Notes: generated by a model from the sequence alone, not told the origin. A DNA stretch of 64,000 nucleotides from Eledone cirrhosa (GCA_964016885.1 OZ024752.1:25420001-25484000); one strand, 5' to 3'. Positions 32,001 through 46,767 are shown, numbered from the stretch's first letter. A program made the numbers and translations.

Positions 32001-32305
32001 CACGCAGCACACATCCACCTGCCTTCTCTCCAGCATCTCCGCTATTTCAGCAGATCTACCTCTGAGAGTGCCAACATTAAGTGTTGCAACTCTGAGATGC
32101 GACGTCTTCATATTTTTTTCCATGCTGTTTTGTTGCTGTGCTGATAAGCTTTTTGGCATTGATACACTGGTTGGATGCCCTTCCTAACACCAGCGCCACT
32201 TTACAGCATGGACTGGGTGCTTTTATTTGTGCCACCAGCACTAGAGAGGATGTCTTACTAGACTCAAGGGCCCTCTCTACCCCTCCATTTTACAGCATGG
32301 TCATT
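29008..32305 (-). mobile_element. Full-length RTE-clade LINE with (TGA)n 3' tail
   Basis: Single intact ORF; (TCA)n at 29008-29041 on the plus strand; 5' boundary approximate. Confidence 0.92.
29043..32159 (-). CDS. RTE ORF: AP endonuclease + reverse transcriptase with PHD-type finger (1038 aa)
   Basis: TLNVGTL, VQEVRW, GDFNGHVG, QHRLV; FVDLEKAFD, GVHQGSVLSP, LYADD; CSIC..CTQC..WVHKRC..CSRC; GRPRKTW. Confidence 0.96.
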   Translation of the reverse strand: MPKSLSAQQQNSMEKNMKTSHLRVATLNVGTLRGRSAEIAEMLERRQVDVCCVQEVRWRGASARLVVGKRLSYKLFWVGKDDGLGGVGIFLAEKWINKTIEVVRVSNRIIKLRLVVGRRLLTIISVYAPQAGLGKDEKDCFYEQLLQTTTMTEDGDIVMLAGDFNGHVGQLQDGYTGVHGGHGYGSRNEEGVRLLEFCDASTLTICNTNFQKPANHLITYKSGEHISQIDFLLVRQRDRQIVSNTKAYPGEECTPQHRLVVSDISVSKRWNEPYRKVWRRKVWKLKDLSLKFKFRKALQDVYDEKEDDLETYDIDNNWKFLRDNLLKATDETCGWSRAPTRQRVTWWWNSSVDKAIRDKRLAWKAWNKGGSREEYTATKREARRQVYLARREAESRRFANVLRREDQRRAVFHIARQCVNANQDVVGDKCVRDDAGVLSVTNDQKKEAWKCHYERLMNVENEWEREKLPPVDPTEGPAIEIDEYRVQEAIREMKNGKAAGPSRIVAEMLKASGDVGTKLVARIINQAIYGGVIPKDWCSSILINCYKGKGDALERSNYRGIKLIDQVMKVAERILAQLIRERVKLDEMQFGFVPGKSTTDALFLVRQMQERFLEKNKPLYLAFVDLEKAFDRVPRSVIWWSLRKLGVEEWLVRTVQTLYRGTLSKVRVGMEFSEEFQIQVGVHQGSVLSPLLFIIVLQAITEEFKTGCPWELLYADDLAVMAESVEELENKFRLWKQQLEARGLRVNLAKTKVLMSRKEDKTLIPSGKWPCSICRKGTGINSIKCTQCRSWVHKRCSGIAGKLTGREKYVCSRCTGKLDSRSRTDRHIFQMREGAIEVVDSFRYLGDQISMGGGCSEAIVSRIRTGWKKFRELLPLLTKKGFSLRTKGRLYDACVRSAMLHGSETWAATAEDMRRLERNEASMLRWMCSVNVRERPSINVLREKLCLRGIECSVRERRLRWYGHVMRMEDDRWVKKCQEMPVEGRRSRGRPRKTWAEVVRTDLRSLKLTVEMTRDRDEWRDAVLNKTRPTLASREKRT

Positions 32306-33263
32306 TAAAAAAAAAAAAAAAAAAAAAAAAATTATTGACACGACTCACACACTAATACTCATGCATACAAACCACAACCACACATACCAACACTCATTCA
32401 TGCATACAATCACACACACAACTCACAAACACATATCTATATATACATATATTACCGACAGTACTGATACACACACAACTCACAAACACATATATATATA
32501 TACATATATTACCGACAGTACTGATACAAAATCAAAATCAAAGTCAAAATCGTCAAAATCACTATCATGTCAACTGTTGACCTTTCCCAGTCCAGTTCGG
32601 CTTGTATATAATAACAATAACAATAATAATTGTTTGTTTACGCTGGTAATGGCGGTGGTGGATGGTGTCAGTGTGGTGGTGGTGGATGGTATCAGCGTGG
32701 TGGTGGTGGATGGTCAGTGATGGTGGTGACAGTTGTTGGTGCTGTAGTTGTTATTGTAGTTGTTACTGTTGTTGTTGTCCTTCATTTCACTGCTGCTGTT
32801 GCTGCAGACAATGGTGTTGATGCTGTTATTGCTGTCGCATATATACAAATACATACACACACATTCACAGACGATGGTGTTGTTGCTGTTGTTGTTGTTG
32901 TTGTTGGTGTTGCTGCTGTTGTTGTTGTAGTTGTTGCTGTGTTGAAATCTGGTCGCATCCACAGAGATATACACATACACACACATACACATATGTATAT
33001 ACACATACATACATCAAAAGATAGTCAGCAGTATGTCAACAGGGGACAGGACAGCGACCTTAGAGTAATGTGGTGATGGTGGGGAGCGAGTGTAGGCGTT
33101 ATTGTTATTGTGGTGACGGGGGGGGTCAGTGAGATGTTACAAGTTCATAGATCACTTCTCTCTTTTCCTCTCTCTTCAAAATTTTGAATTTATGGCCTTT
33201 TGCAATGGCGGCCAAGTATATATAATATATATGAAGCAAAGAAAAGAAAATTTTCACTGATAT

Positions 33264-33560
33264 GAAAGATTTCCTGGTAGAAGTTCAGGTGTATTCAGTG
33301 ATTGGTATCCAGTTTCGGGGTATCCAATTAGAAAATCCAATGAATCTTTAAGAGGGGTCCACGCAACCATTGATATATATATCTATATATGTAAAATGCA
33401 AGCAGAAATGACAACGAAAGATTTCCTGGTAGAAGTTCAGGTGTATTCAGTGTTGGTATCCAGTGTTGGGGTATCCAATTAGAAAATCCAACGAATTTTT
33501 GAGAAGGGTCCACGCAAGCATATATATAGATATATATATGTATATATGCAAAATGCAAGC
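33264..33560. repeat. Two ~153-bp diverged tandem copies
   Basis: gaaagatttcctggtagaagttcaggtgtattcagtg...ggtccacgcaa at about 33264 and 33417. Confidence 0.8.
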
Positions 33561-33791
33561 AGAAATAACAACACATATACTAATGAACATACATTAAACA
33601 CAGAGGGACTGTAAATGATGATAGCAATATCTAGATATAAATATATAAATGTACATATCTCTATTGGTCTCATAAATTTTAAATTTTCTCTTTCCTCTTG
33701 TGTGTGTGTAGCAACACGTGGTTGTGTGTTGCTGCTGACTCTAGCAGAGCCCAAGAAAACACGTCTTGCCCTAACAGCTGCTGCTCCCTAT

Positions 33792-33840
33792 ATGACCGGT
33801 TTCGATGGGTCTGCAAAAGCCATCTTTTCAAATGTTGATT
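33792..33840 (-). ncRNA. Hammerhead core with U3-A8 pair, family E, truncated just after the GUC site
   Basis: aatcaacat-TTGAAAA-gatgg..ccatc-GAAA-ccgg-TC-at. Confidence 0.72.
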
Positions 33841-34192
33841 AATATTAAGAAAAATTAATAATACGAAGAGTTAAAATTTGAGACTTGAAAATTCAAGTAT
33901 AAAATTCATTGTGGGATTTCATAGCAGTTTTCATCTAGGTAGCAACAACAGGTTGACTGCTGTGTCCCTTTCTGGTAGTGAATGAGAAGTTATTTGGGGT
34001 GTGGGTTATTTTATAAAGGTCAGATTTAGCAATCACCAACTGGCCAGCTGCTGGTCAGTGAGGGGATGGAAGCAATATACATACACATATCTTCCTGTGA
34101 TGGGTAGGAGAGTGGAGCGTGATAGAAAGGGATTTAGTGCACTTACACCTATATATACACACATACCTTCATCCACACATACATACATATAC

Positions 34193-34231
<39 letters not shown>

Positions 34232-34296
34232 CACACATACATACACACACACATACATATACATACACACATACACACACACACATATATACACAT

Positions 34297-34347
<51 letters not shown>

Positions 34348-34384
34348 TATATACATACACATACATCCAGATACACACATACAT

Positions 34385-34458
<74 letters not shown>

Positions 34459-34744
34459 CCCCCCCACACATACATACACACACACACACATATATATATA
34501 CATACACACATACAAACATACACACACACACACATATATATACACACATACACACACATATATATACACACACACACACACACGCATATATATATATATA
34601 TATACACATACGCATACATCCAGATACCCACATACATACACACACACACACACACGCACACACAATACATACATCCACATGCACATACATACACACACAC
34701 ACACATATACACATACATACACCCACACACAGAGAAATGGCCTT

Positions 34745-34780
<36 letters not shown>

Positions 34781-35075
34781 CAGACACATATATTTTTTCC
34801 ATAATATAAGAAGTTGGGGCAGTGAAATTAAAATACAAGTCATTCTGATCACATTGAGTTCTTCATGTAGATTGGGCCCCGCAACCGACAGTGGTGAATT
34901 CTGTGTGCGCATATATATATAGATATATGTGTGTGCACGTGCAGGGTTTAACATGGATGTGTTGGTCACACAAAGGCATGGTCTGTCAATGAATAAACCT
35001 GATTCTACAGAATTGGTCTCTGGTCTTTAATAGTAGTGATTCCGTGCGTATGTGTGTTTATATTTTATGACAATT

Positions 35076-36180
35076 CTATTGGGGTGATAGCCCGTTTAGT
35101 TTTGGTTTAAATTTGTTAAGGAATAGATTTTCTTTGTTTATTCTTTGTTGTTGTGTAAACGAATCTGAGCACTTGTAGAAGGGGAAGATTTTAAAGTTGG
35201 GTAGTGTCATTCCTGCGCAATTCGCAATATGGCTGCTCAAGGGGATTTTTCTTGTGTTAGCGTCCCGGATTTGTTGGCGGTGGATGGTCATTCTTTTGCG
35301 TAATGAGGTGCCCGTCTGTCCTATGTAGTTGTGTTTGCACCCACCGCAAGTTATTGCGTAAATCAAGTTCTCCGAGTTGCAGGTGAAATTGTTTTTTACT
35401 GTAACTGTTTGGCCATCTTTGAATGTAAATGTTTGTCCTTCAGTGAGGTAGAGGCACGTTCCACAGTTTGTTATACCACATTTGGTAACTGTAGGGTTGA
35501 GGATTGGTTTGGGTATATTTGGTCCAGTGATAATGCGTTTAAGTGATTTGGGTTGTCTTTTACTTTTAAGGATCTTGTGTGTTTCAAGAATAGACTTCAT
35601 TTTTACATTTTTAAGTAGGATGGGGAGGTTTTTGTGTAGGTGATCAAACATTTCGGTATTTCTGGGGTTGAAAGTGGATACATATGGCAGGGTGTTGAGT
35701 GTGGTTTTCTGTTTTGGATTGTTAAGTTGATGGGGATTTAGGTGTTTTGCCCTGTCTATTCCATTGTTGATTATTTCAAGTGGAAAGGCTCTTAAGATAA
35801 GGGTGTCTTTTAGTTCCTTTAGTCTTTGCTCCCGTTTAGGTGGATCTGATACTATGGTACATATACGTTTGGCCAAATTGTAAGGAATGTTAAGTTTTGT
35901 ATGTTTTGGGTGACTTGATGTGAAAAAGAGGTATTGCTTGGAATCTGTGGGTTTATAGAATATATCTGTATCTAATTTCCCGTCTATTACAGAGATGAGA
36001 ATATCCAAGAAAGCTAATTCCTTAGGATTGGATTCCATTGTGAATTGTATGTTATTATCTATGTTGTTTATCATGTTTTTAAACGTAGTAAGTGAGTTCA
36101 TGTCTTCCTGCCATAGGATAAAGCAGTCGTCTAGATATCTTTTCCAATTGGCTTTGAGGTGTGTGTGGAAAGAGTCAATA
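35076..36180 (-). pseudogene. 5'-truncated but open PLE RT(C-term)-GIY-YIG ORF
   Basis: WKRYLDDCF, FTME, FLDI, KPTDSKQYL, SSHPKH, GIY-YIG; the N-terminal residues of the 384-aa track ORF come from the inverted UTR. Confidence 0.9.
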
Positions 36181-37334
36181 TGCCTTTGTGTGACCAACAC
36201 ATCCATGTTAAACCCTGCTCGTGCACACACATATATCTATATATATATGCGCACACAGAATTCACCACTGTCGGTTGCGGGGCCCAATCTACATGAAGAA
36301 CTCAATGTGATCAGAATGACTTGTATTTTAATTTCACTGCCCCAACTTCTTATATTATGGAAAAAATATATGAAAAATATATGAAAAAAAAGTGTGAAAA
36401 GAAACATTTACAGTAAAAAACAATTTCACCTGCAACTCGGAGAACTTGATTTACGCAATAACTTGCGGTGGGTGCAAACACAACTACATAGGACAGACGG
36501 GCACCTCATTACGCAAAAGAATGACCATCCACCGCCAACAAATCCGGGACGCTAACACAAGAAAAATCCCCTTGAGCAGCCATATTGCGAACTGCGCAGG
36601 AATGACACTACCCAACTTTAAAATCTTCCCCTTCTACAAGTGCTCAGATTCGTTCACACAACAACAAAGAATAAACAAAGAAAATCTATTCCTTAACAAA
36701 TTTAAACCAAAACTAAACGGGTTATCACCCCAATAGAATTGTCATAAAATATAAACACACATACGCACGGAATCACTACTATTAAAGACCAGAGACCAAT
36801 TCTGTAGAATCAGGTTTATTCATTGACAGACCATGCCTTTGTGTGACCAACACATCCATGTTAAACCCTGCACGTGCACACACATATATCTATATATATA
36901 TGCGCACACAGAATTCACCACTGTCGGTTGCGGGGCCCAATCTACATGAAGAACTCAATGTGATCAGAATGACTTGTATTTTAATTTCACTGCCCCAACT
37001 TCTTATATTATGGAAAAAATATATGTGTCTGTATGTATATATATATATATATATATTTGAAGGCCATTTCTCTGTGTGTGGGTGTATGTATGTGTATATG
37101 TGTGTATGTGTGTGCATGTGGATGTATGTATTGTGTGTGCGTGTGTGTGTGTGTGTGTATGTATGTGGGTATCTGGATGTATGCGTATGTGTATATATAT
37201 ATATATATATGCGTGTGTGTGTGTGTGTGTATATATATGTGTGTGTATGTGTGTATATATATGTGTGTGTGTGTGTATGTTTGTATGTGTGTATGTATAT
37301 ATATATGTGTGCGTGTGTGTATGTATGTGTGGGG

Positions 37335-37412
<78 letters not shown>

Positions 37413-37449
37413 ATGTATGTGTGTATCTGGATGTATGTGTATGTATATA

Positions 37450-37520
<71 letters not shown>

Positions 37521-37576
37521 ATGTGTATATATATGTGTGTGTGTATGTGTGTATGTATATGTATGTGTGTGTGTAT

Positions 37577-37618
<42 letters not shown>

Positions 37619-37970
37619 GTATATGTATGTATGTGTGGATGAAGGTATGTGTGTATATATAGGTGTAAGTGCACTAAATCCCTTTCTATCACGCTCCACT
37701 CTCCTACCCATTACAGGAAGATATGTGTATGTATATTGCTTCCACCCCCTCACTGACCAGCAGCTGGCCAGTTGGTGATTGCTAAATCTGACCTTTATAA
37801 AATAACCCACACCCCAAATAACTTCTCATTCACTACCAGAAAGGGACACAGCAGTCAACCTGTTGTTGCTACCTAGATGAAAACTGCTATGAAATCCCAC
37901 AATGAATTTTATACTTGAATTTTCAAGTCTCAAATTTTAACTCTTCGTATTATTAATTTTTCTTAATATT

Positions 37971-38019
37971 AATCAACATTTGAAAAGATGGCTTTTGCAG
38001 ACCCATCGAAACCGGTCAT
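37971..38019 (+). ncRNA. Hammerhead core with U3-A8 pair, family E, truncated just after the GUC site
   Basis: TTGAAAA 37980-86, GATGG/CCATC stem, GAAA CCGG TC 38008-38017. Confidence 0.72.
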
Positions 38020-38158
38020 TTTTTATACCCTTTATTATTTCCTTACCTTATAAAATTATGTTTTTTCACAAAAAAGTATTCTGTCTCTTATATATTCCAT
38101 GTGCCATTACCAACCTCAATTTTCTCTATAACCTTCGTTTTGTGTAGAAAATTACACT

Positions 38159-38232
<74 letters not shown>

Positions 38233-38335
38233 AATTAAGTTAAAAGTGAGTTACATATATATATATATATAAACAATTAAGTCAAAAGTGAGTTACAAAC
38301 GAAACGAAATTTAATTTCGTTTCGTTATTTATTTT

Positions 38336-38563
<228 letters not shown>

Positions 38564-38638
38564 ATATATATATGTATATATATATATATGTATATATGTA
38601 TATATATGTATATATATGTATATATGTATATATGTACA

Positions 38639-38720
<82 letters not shown>

Positions 38721-38736
38721 CATATATATATATATG

Positions 38737-38785
<49 letters not shown>

Positions 38786-38786
38786 G

Positions 38787-38817
<31 letters not shown>

Positions 38818-38891
38818 GTATATATGTATATATATATATATATATGTATATATATGTATATGTATATACTTATATATATATGTATATATAA

Positions 38892-38940
<49 letters not shown>

Positions 38941-38961
38941 AATATATATATATATATGTAA

Positions 38962-39056
<95 letters not shown>

Positions 39057-39057
39057 C

Positions 39058-39171
<114 letters not shown>

Positions 39172-39313
39172 ATATATATATATGTATATATATATGTATA
39201 TATATATATGTATATATATATGTATATGTATATATATGTATATATATGTATATATATGTATGTATATATATATATATGTATGTATATATATATATATGTA
39301 TATATATATGTAT

Positions 39314-39355
<42 letters not shown>

Positions 39356-39375
39356 GTATGTATATATATATATGA

Positions 39376-39900
<525 letters not shown>

Positions 39901-40114
39901 AGTAACATATATATACATACAGATGCAACCCCCCCCCCCTCAAAAAAGTGTTTTCCCAATATCACACATCAATCTAAAACTACTTTTCATATGTTGATTT
40001 AAAACTGCACTATTCACAAGTGTTTTTTAGCCTTCATATTATTGCATGATGATATTTCATATCATGTGTTCCTATTTTATCTGATGAAAACACAAATGTT
40101 ATTGCATGATGATA

Positions 40115-43100
40115 TAATTATTTATTTATTTGTATACACGCATACATACACACACATATTTATATGTGCGTGGTTTTGTATACCTATGGTAAGGTTTTGC
40201 GTATGCTTGTGTATGTACGTATTTGTTTGCGTGTATGTATTTATTTATTTCTATTACTTCTGTATTGTATTTATTTACTTTGTTCTTAACTCTGTAGCGG
40301 AGATTCATTTGGTCTCCTAGTTAGAATTTTAGTCTACGACTTCTGCTATACCATTTACGTGGTTTTGTCTTTGCGTGCTATTGTTCTCCACGCTCCACAT
40401 ATGACGTATTATCTTCGTTTTTTCGTTCACTGCCAGAGAACGTCTCTATGCACCACCTAAGAGAACATTAGTCTACGACCTATTTTATACCATAAACGTG
40501 GTTCTGTCTTTGCGCGTAATTGTTTTTCACCGCTCCTATTAATGACGTATTATTCGTTTTTTCCCGTTCTTCGCCAGCGAACGTTTCCACGAACCAAAGT
40601 GTCGTCTTCCTGTCTTCCTCCGGTTGCAACGTTTTTTGAAATATCCAGTTCTGCGTTTACAGATTGACTTTGTTAGTTTCAGAAGATCCCGTTAAGGGTG
40701 AAAGCAGCGATTCTTTGCTTAAACTTTAATCTGTTATTTTAATAAATATTAGCTCTACGGTTCTTATATATTTGATATATATTTATCCTTATCGAGCACT
40801 CTTTGGATTTTAGTCTTCAAATTTATTATTATTACTATTTGGCTCCCTCGGTTGAGCACTCTACTGACTTATATTCATCATGCAGAAACAACATCTGAAT
40901 ATTTCTACAAAGAACATACCCGTACCAAGCAGGAAAACATACCTAAAACTCCTGATACAGAAAACATTCGCGTTCTTTAAAAGGTTGCGTTGGCGTGCCT
41001 TTTATTTCGATAATCCGCGAAAAGCAGACAACAAACAGGATAAATTTGGATTTAAAACCTATAATAACCCCCCGTGGAACCTAGCATTGCTTCCGTTCGA
41101 AAATGATGTCTTGGAACTCATTTGGAGTATCAAATTTCGGAATAGGAGCAATTCCTTCCAGCAAGACCTGAAGAATAGAATTCGTTCTATTAAGGATTCT
41201 AACGCCGTGCACGTCCATTCCGACAAAACTGGCAACCTATATCAAGTGGAGCGCAGTGCTTACCATCAACTACTACATAATGCTGTAACTAAGGATTACC
41301 GTAAAACTAATCGGTTCGTCATCAATGAAATCAACGATGCTGGGTTTAAAATCACATCTGATCTCAACATCCTGGACCGGACCGAACCTCTGGACCCTAT
41401 TTCTCCCCACTTTACCCTGAAGGATCACAAATCCAATTTTCCGAACAACCCCTCTATTCGGCTTATTAACCCTACGAAGTCCGATTTAGGTAGACTTAGT
41501 AAAACGATTCTTGATAGAATTATACCGGAAATTAGAAGTTTGGCTCCTCTTGCCCTGTGGAACAATTCTTTCGCGGTGATTGATTGGTTCAACGGCATAT
41601 GTAACAAGGAACATTGCCGTTTTATCCAATTCGACATCAACAATTACTACTCCTCCATCACTTTACCACTTTAAGGATTTCGAAGTTGATGTCATCCTCA
41701 GTGCCCGAAAGTCGGTGATTAATTTCGACGACTCTATTTGGATTAAACAATCCAATAGTACCCAATTCGACGTGAGTATGGGCGCCAGTGACTCTGCGGA
41801 GGTTAGTGATCTTATTGGCCTCTTCCTTCTTTTCTCTATCAAGGACGAATTCCCCAACGCGGGCGGTGGTTTGTACCGTGACGATGGTCTTTTGACCATG
41901 ATTAAGTGCGGACCTCGTGCTTGCGACAGGTTCAGAAAAGAACTCACAGCCTTCTTTAAAGGCTTCAACCTCTCTATACAGGTTGAGGCCAATCTCTCGG
42001 TCGTTAATTACCTTGACGTTACTCTCAATTTATTGAATGGGTTGTATTATCCGTATAGAAAGCCGAATGATACGCTTAATTACATAAGTAAGCATTCCAA
42101 CCATCTTGCCAGCATAACCAAGAACCTGATAAGAAACGTTTCGTTGAGGCTTTCCCGTCTTTCCACCAACAAGCGTATTTTCAACGACCATTCCACTTAT
42201 TACAATGAAGCTCTTGCTCGAAATGGATTTGTCGATAAGGTAGCATATACAGAATACGAAAATAGACCTAGAAGAAATAGATCCCGTCACCATTTGTTGG
42301 TATAACCCACCATATAATATGGAGGTGGCCACACCTTTAGCTAAGATCTTTCTTTCCCTTATTACGAAGCATTTTCCCCCTACACATAAATATAGTAAAA
42401 TTTTTAATAGAAATACTATTAAAATGTCTTACTCTACGACTCCTAACCTTGCACATAACATCACAGCTTCAAATTTAGCTAAACTACCTAGCCGTAGGAA
42501 CACGTGCAACCCTGTAGTTAGTACTAACTGTAATTGTAGGAATCGGGCTGATTGCCCCTATCCGGGAAATGCCTCTCTAGTAACATTGTCTACAAATGTA
42601 AGGTTGTAACACCCACGTCCCGTAGGGCCTACATAGGGTTAACTGCCAATAGTTTCAAGCAGCGTCTTTACATGCATACCCATTCGTTTCGTTACCCTCT
42701 AAGAAGGAATATGACGTCACTTTCAGCTTATATCTTTTAAGCAACCACACCCAATATAAGTTACACTGGGAGATCCTAGCTAGGGCTAGATCGTATAACG
42801 GAAATAAAAGACCATGTGACCTCTGCGCCGCTGAGGCCCTGGAAATACTCTACGCCACAGACCACATCTTAAACAAAAAATCTGAGGCAATTTCGGCTTG
42901 TAAACATAAATTGCACAAAACTTTCCTGTATTACAGCCCCACGTTATACCCTAACGGATACTACGATCTATACGTGGATATTTTACCTCTTGATGTGGGA
43001 GCTAAGTATATGTTTTGTTTATTGCTTTACTTATTTGCATAGGTAAGTATATACTACCCGTATGTTTTGTGAACGTACGTATACATTCTCGTACGTATAT

Positions 43101-43956
43101 TTGATTGTTATTGCGTATTATTTTATATATTCTGGTACATAGGGTTTGGCTATGTGTATAGGGGAGTTTTTGCGTCTGTGCGAGTATGCAGGTTCGTACG
43201 TATGGTGGGTGTGTGTATATGTGTACTTCTTGTTTTAGTTGACTTACGTCTCCGAACATTCGTGTATTTATATGTAGGTATGTGTGTGTGCTTGTTATAT
43301 ACGTATTTATTTATTTATATACGTTTATATAATTATTTATTCATTTGTATACACGCATACACACACACACATATTTATATGTGCGTGGTTTTGTATACCT
43401 ATGGTAAGGTTTTGCGTATGCTTGTGTATGTACATATTTATGTGCGTGTATGTATTTATTTATTTCTATTACTTCTGTATTGTATTTATTTACTTTGTTC
43501 TTAACTCTGTAGCGGAGATTCATTTGGTTTCCTAGTTAGAATTTTAGTCTACGACTTCTGCTATACCATTTACGTGGTTTTGTCTTTGCGTGCTATTGTT
43601 CTCCACGTTCCACATATGACGTATTATCTTCGTTTTTTCGTTCACTGCCAGAGAACGTCTCTATGCACCACCTAAGAGAACATTAGTCTACGACTTCTTT
43701 TATACCATAAACGTGGTTCTGTCTTTGCGCGTAATTGTTTTTCACCGCTCCTATTAATGACGTATTATTCGTTTTTTCCCGTTCTTCGCCAGCGAACGTT
43801 TCCACGAACCAAAGTATCGTCTTCCTGTCTTCCTCCGGTTGCAACGTTTTTTGAAATATCCAGTTCTGCGTTTACAGATTGACTTTGTTAGTTTCAGAAG
43901 ATCCCGTTAAGGGTGAAAGCAGCGATTCTTTGCTTAAACTTTAATCTGTTATTTTA

Positions 43957-43960
<4 letters not shown>
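40115..43960 (+). mobile_element. Full-length PLE family A with tandem pseudo-LTRs (about 40115-40742 and 43328-43960)
   Basis: Direct repeats flank the ORF starting at ATG 40880; HHR-like motifs at 40675-40725 and 43890-43940. Confidence 0.94.
40880..43042 (+). pseudogene. PLE N-term-RT-GIY-YIG ORF broken by small deletions/frameshifts
   Basis: STKNIP..RLRWRA..SDKTGNLY..TLKDHK..RLINP..FDINNYY..MGASDSAEV..YRDDGL; end coordinate approximate. Confidence 0.92.
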
Positions 43961-44003
<43 letters not shown>

Positions 44004-44030
44004 CATATATATATATACATATATATATAC

Positions 44031-44183
<153 letters not shown>

Positions 44184-44233
44184 CATATATATATACATAT
44201 ATATATCTATATATATACATATATATATATATA

Positions 44234-44273
<40 letters not shown>

Positions 44274-44279
44274 CATATA

Positions 44280-44553
<274 letters not shown>

Positions 44554-44578
44554 AATATATATATATATATATATATAC

Positions 44579-44637
<59 letters not shown>

Positions 44638-44761
44638 AATATATATATATATATACATAAATATATATATAATATACATATATACATAAATATACATATA
44701 TATATATATATACATAAATATATATATATATATATACATAAATATATATATATATATATAC

Positions 44762-44814
<53 letters not shown>

Positions 44815-44839
44815 CATACATAAATATATATATATATAT

Positions 44840-44897
44840 ACATAAATGTAAGTATGTATGTATACGTACATACATATATGTATACAGACGGACAGTA

Positions 44898-44936
<39 letters not shown>

Positions 44937-45330
44937 CATACAGGCACACATATATATATGCACGTATCAGTTTAAGGAAAATATATACTTTCGGACGTTC
45001 AACCATCTGGCAGAAAGGTATACGGTGCTGACGATAGCTAACAAGCTTGAAACTAGTACATCGTTCCTGTGTCAGTGTTGAACAAAAAGGTGACGTGATT
45101 GCCTAAATCGGCGTAAATCAGGCTGTTCGTTTGTTTACAAACGACCAAAGCGAACATTATAATAAATGTTCGGTAAACTGATACGTGCATATATATATGT
45201 GTGCCTGTATGTATATATATATACTGTACGTCTGTATACATATATGTATGTACCTATACATACATACTTACATTTAAGTAAGTGCCGTACTAAGAGTGAG
45301 AAATAAAATTTCGTTTCATTCTATTCCATT
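44840..45330. mobile_element. Family K fold-back (inverted tail + HHR + tail); second tail copy at 48542-48907
   Basis: 44840-44975 is the reverse complement of about 45174-45285. Confidence 0.78.
45023..45063 (+). ncRNA. Minimal type I hammerhead (GUA), family K
   Basis: cggtg-CTGACGA-t agct aaca agct t-GAAA-ctag-TA-catcg. Confidence 0.85.
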
Positions 45331-45621
<291 letters not shown>

Positions 45622-45647
45622 ATATACACATATATATATATATACAC

Positions 45648-45706
<59 letters not shown>

Positions 45707-45727
45707 AATATGTATATATATATACAT

Positions 45728-46160
45728 ATTTCGTTTCTGAATTTGTTTAGCAATATTCTTTATCCGAAAACGTCTGTTGAAAACGGTATTGTTATACTTT
45801 GGGAGGCTCATGTTGCCAATAAGAAACACACGCACCAGTTGCTTTCACTTCAATTTATTATAACAAATTTATAAATTTAGGAATTTATAAATTTCCGGTT
45901 GGTTGGTTGGTTCCACAACCAGATGGTTGTTTATATATTGTCAAAGTTTTTTCGTCACACATTCTGTGACCTCTTCAGTGACTGGGGATTCTTTTCTTTG
46001 TTTTTGTGCCACTCCTTTGTTCTGTCCTACGCCATTTTGTTTCTGTGTGTGTGTTGTGACCTGTAAATTAAGCCCCCATAGTAACTGTAAAACTAGAAAT
46101 GTAGTATATAGCATAAGATGTACTGAAGGACAATGTAGAGACAAAAATATAGTGTATATT
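45728..46160 (-). mobile_element. Family B 3' end (decayed HHR 45940-45983) joined to an inverted GIY-YIG fragment (46058-46160)
   Basis: Matches 10186-10498; plus strand encodes CKLSPHSNCKTRNVVYSIRC. Confidence 0.85.
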
Positions 46161-46218
46161 GAGTACTTTGGTGCGTTATGGTCCACCTGGTTCCTTACCA
46201 CATTTCCTCCATTATATA

Positions 46219-46254
<36 letters not shown>

Positions 46255-46255
<1 letters not shown>

Positions 46256-46765
46256 GAAAGACGTAAAATAAGAAAATTTTAAAAATTAAAAATTAACTTA
46301 CTTACTAAAATTTTCACTCCAACTAATTAGTTTCTGTAATGGGATAAAGATATTTACGCAATGTAACCATCGAGAATTCATTACGTCATCAGGGAGTCTA
46401 TTCTCAGCTAAGTCTCCAGGCAATGCGCGGACACTAGGGACTCATATAAAAATAATAATAATTCGCTGGATGGAACAGCTAGCGGAGACTGAATTCCAAA
46501 GCACTGAAAAAGTTCACTGTCTCTGGTCAAATGGCAGATTGTAAAGAATCAATCACGTGACACTGAGGCTAGTCGGAAGGAGTGGGGTGGTAAAATGACA
46601 AAAGCCTACTACCATTACAATGAGTTAGTAGTGGATTTGGCAGGTTTGCTCAACAAATAAATAATTTGGAGATAAATATGCATTGAACCACCTAGGTACT
46701 ATGACATAACTTATGTATTTGCTAGCATTAGTGTACATCTGTACGCATATGTTGGTAAATATACT
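46255..46765 (-). mobile_element. Family G 3' end with long-stem-II HHR (46317-46396)
   Basis: ctcc-CTGATGA-c gtaatg..cattac a-GAAA-ctaattag-TT-ggag. Confidence 0.82.
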
Positions 46766-46767
46766 AA

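Larger units (their letters stand above)
33792..38019. mobile_element. PLE family E (Neptune-like) 4.2-kb fold-back: minus copy 33792-36180, UTR piece 36180-36371, plus copy 36407-38019
   Basis: ~1.6-kb inverted arms; RT YLDD, CGITNCGTC linker, LIYAITC..YIGQT. Confidence 0.92.

Noticed and set aside
29071-32187. Plus-strand ORFs overlapping the RTE
   Set aside because: Antisense shadows of the 1038-aa ORF
32560-33130. Val/Ala- or Asn/Thr-rich ORFs
   Set aside because: Derived from (GTT)n/(GGT)n low-complexity repeats
33264-33560. CRISPR-like repeat array
   Set aside because: Only two long diverged units, no repeat-spacer pattern, eukaryotic context and no cas genes
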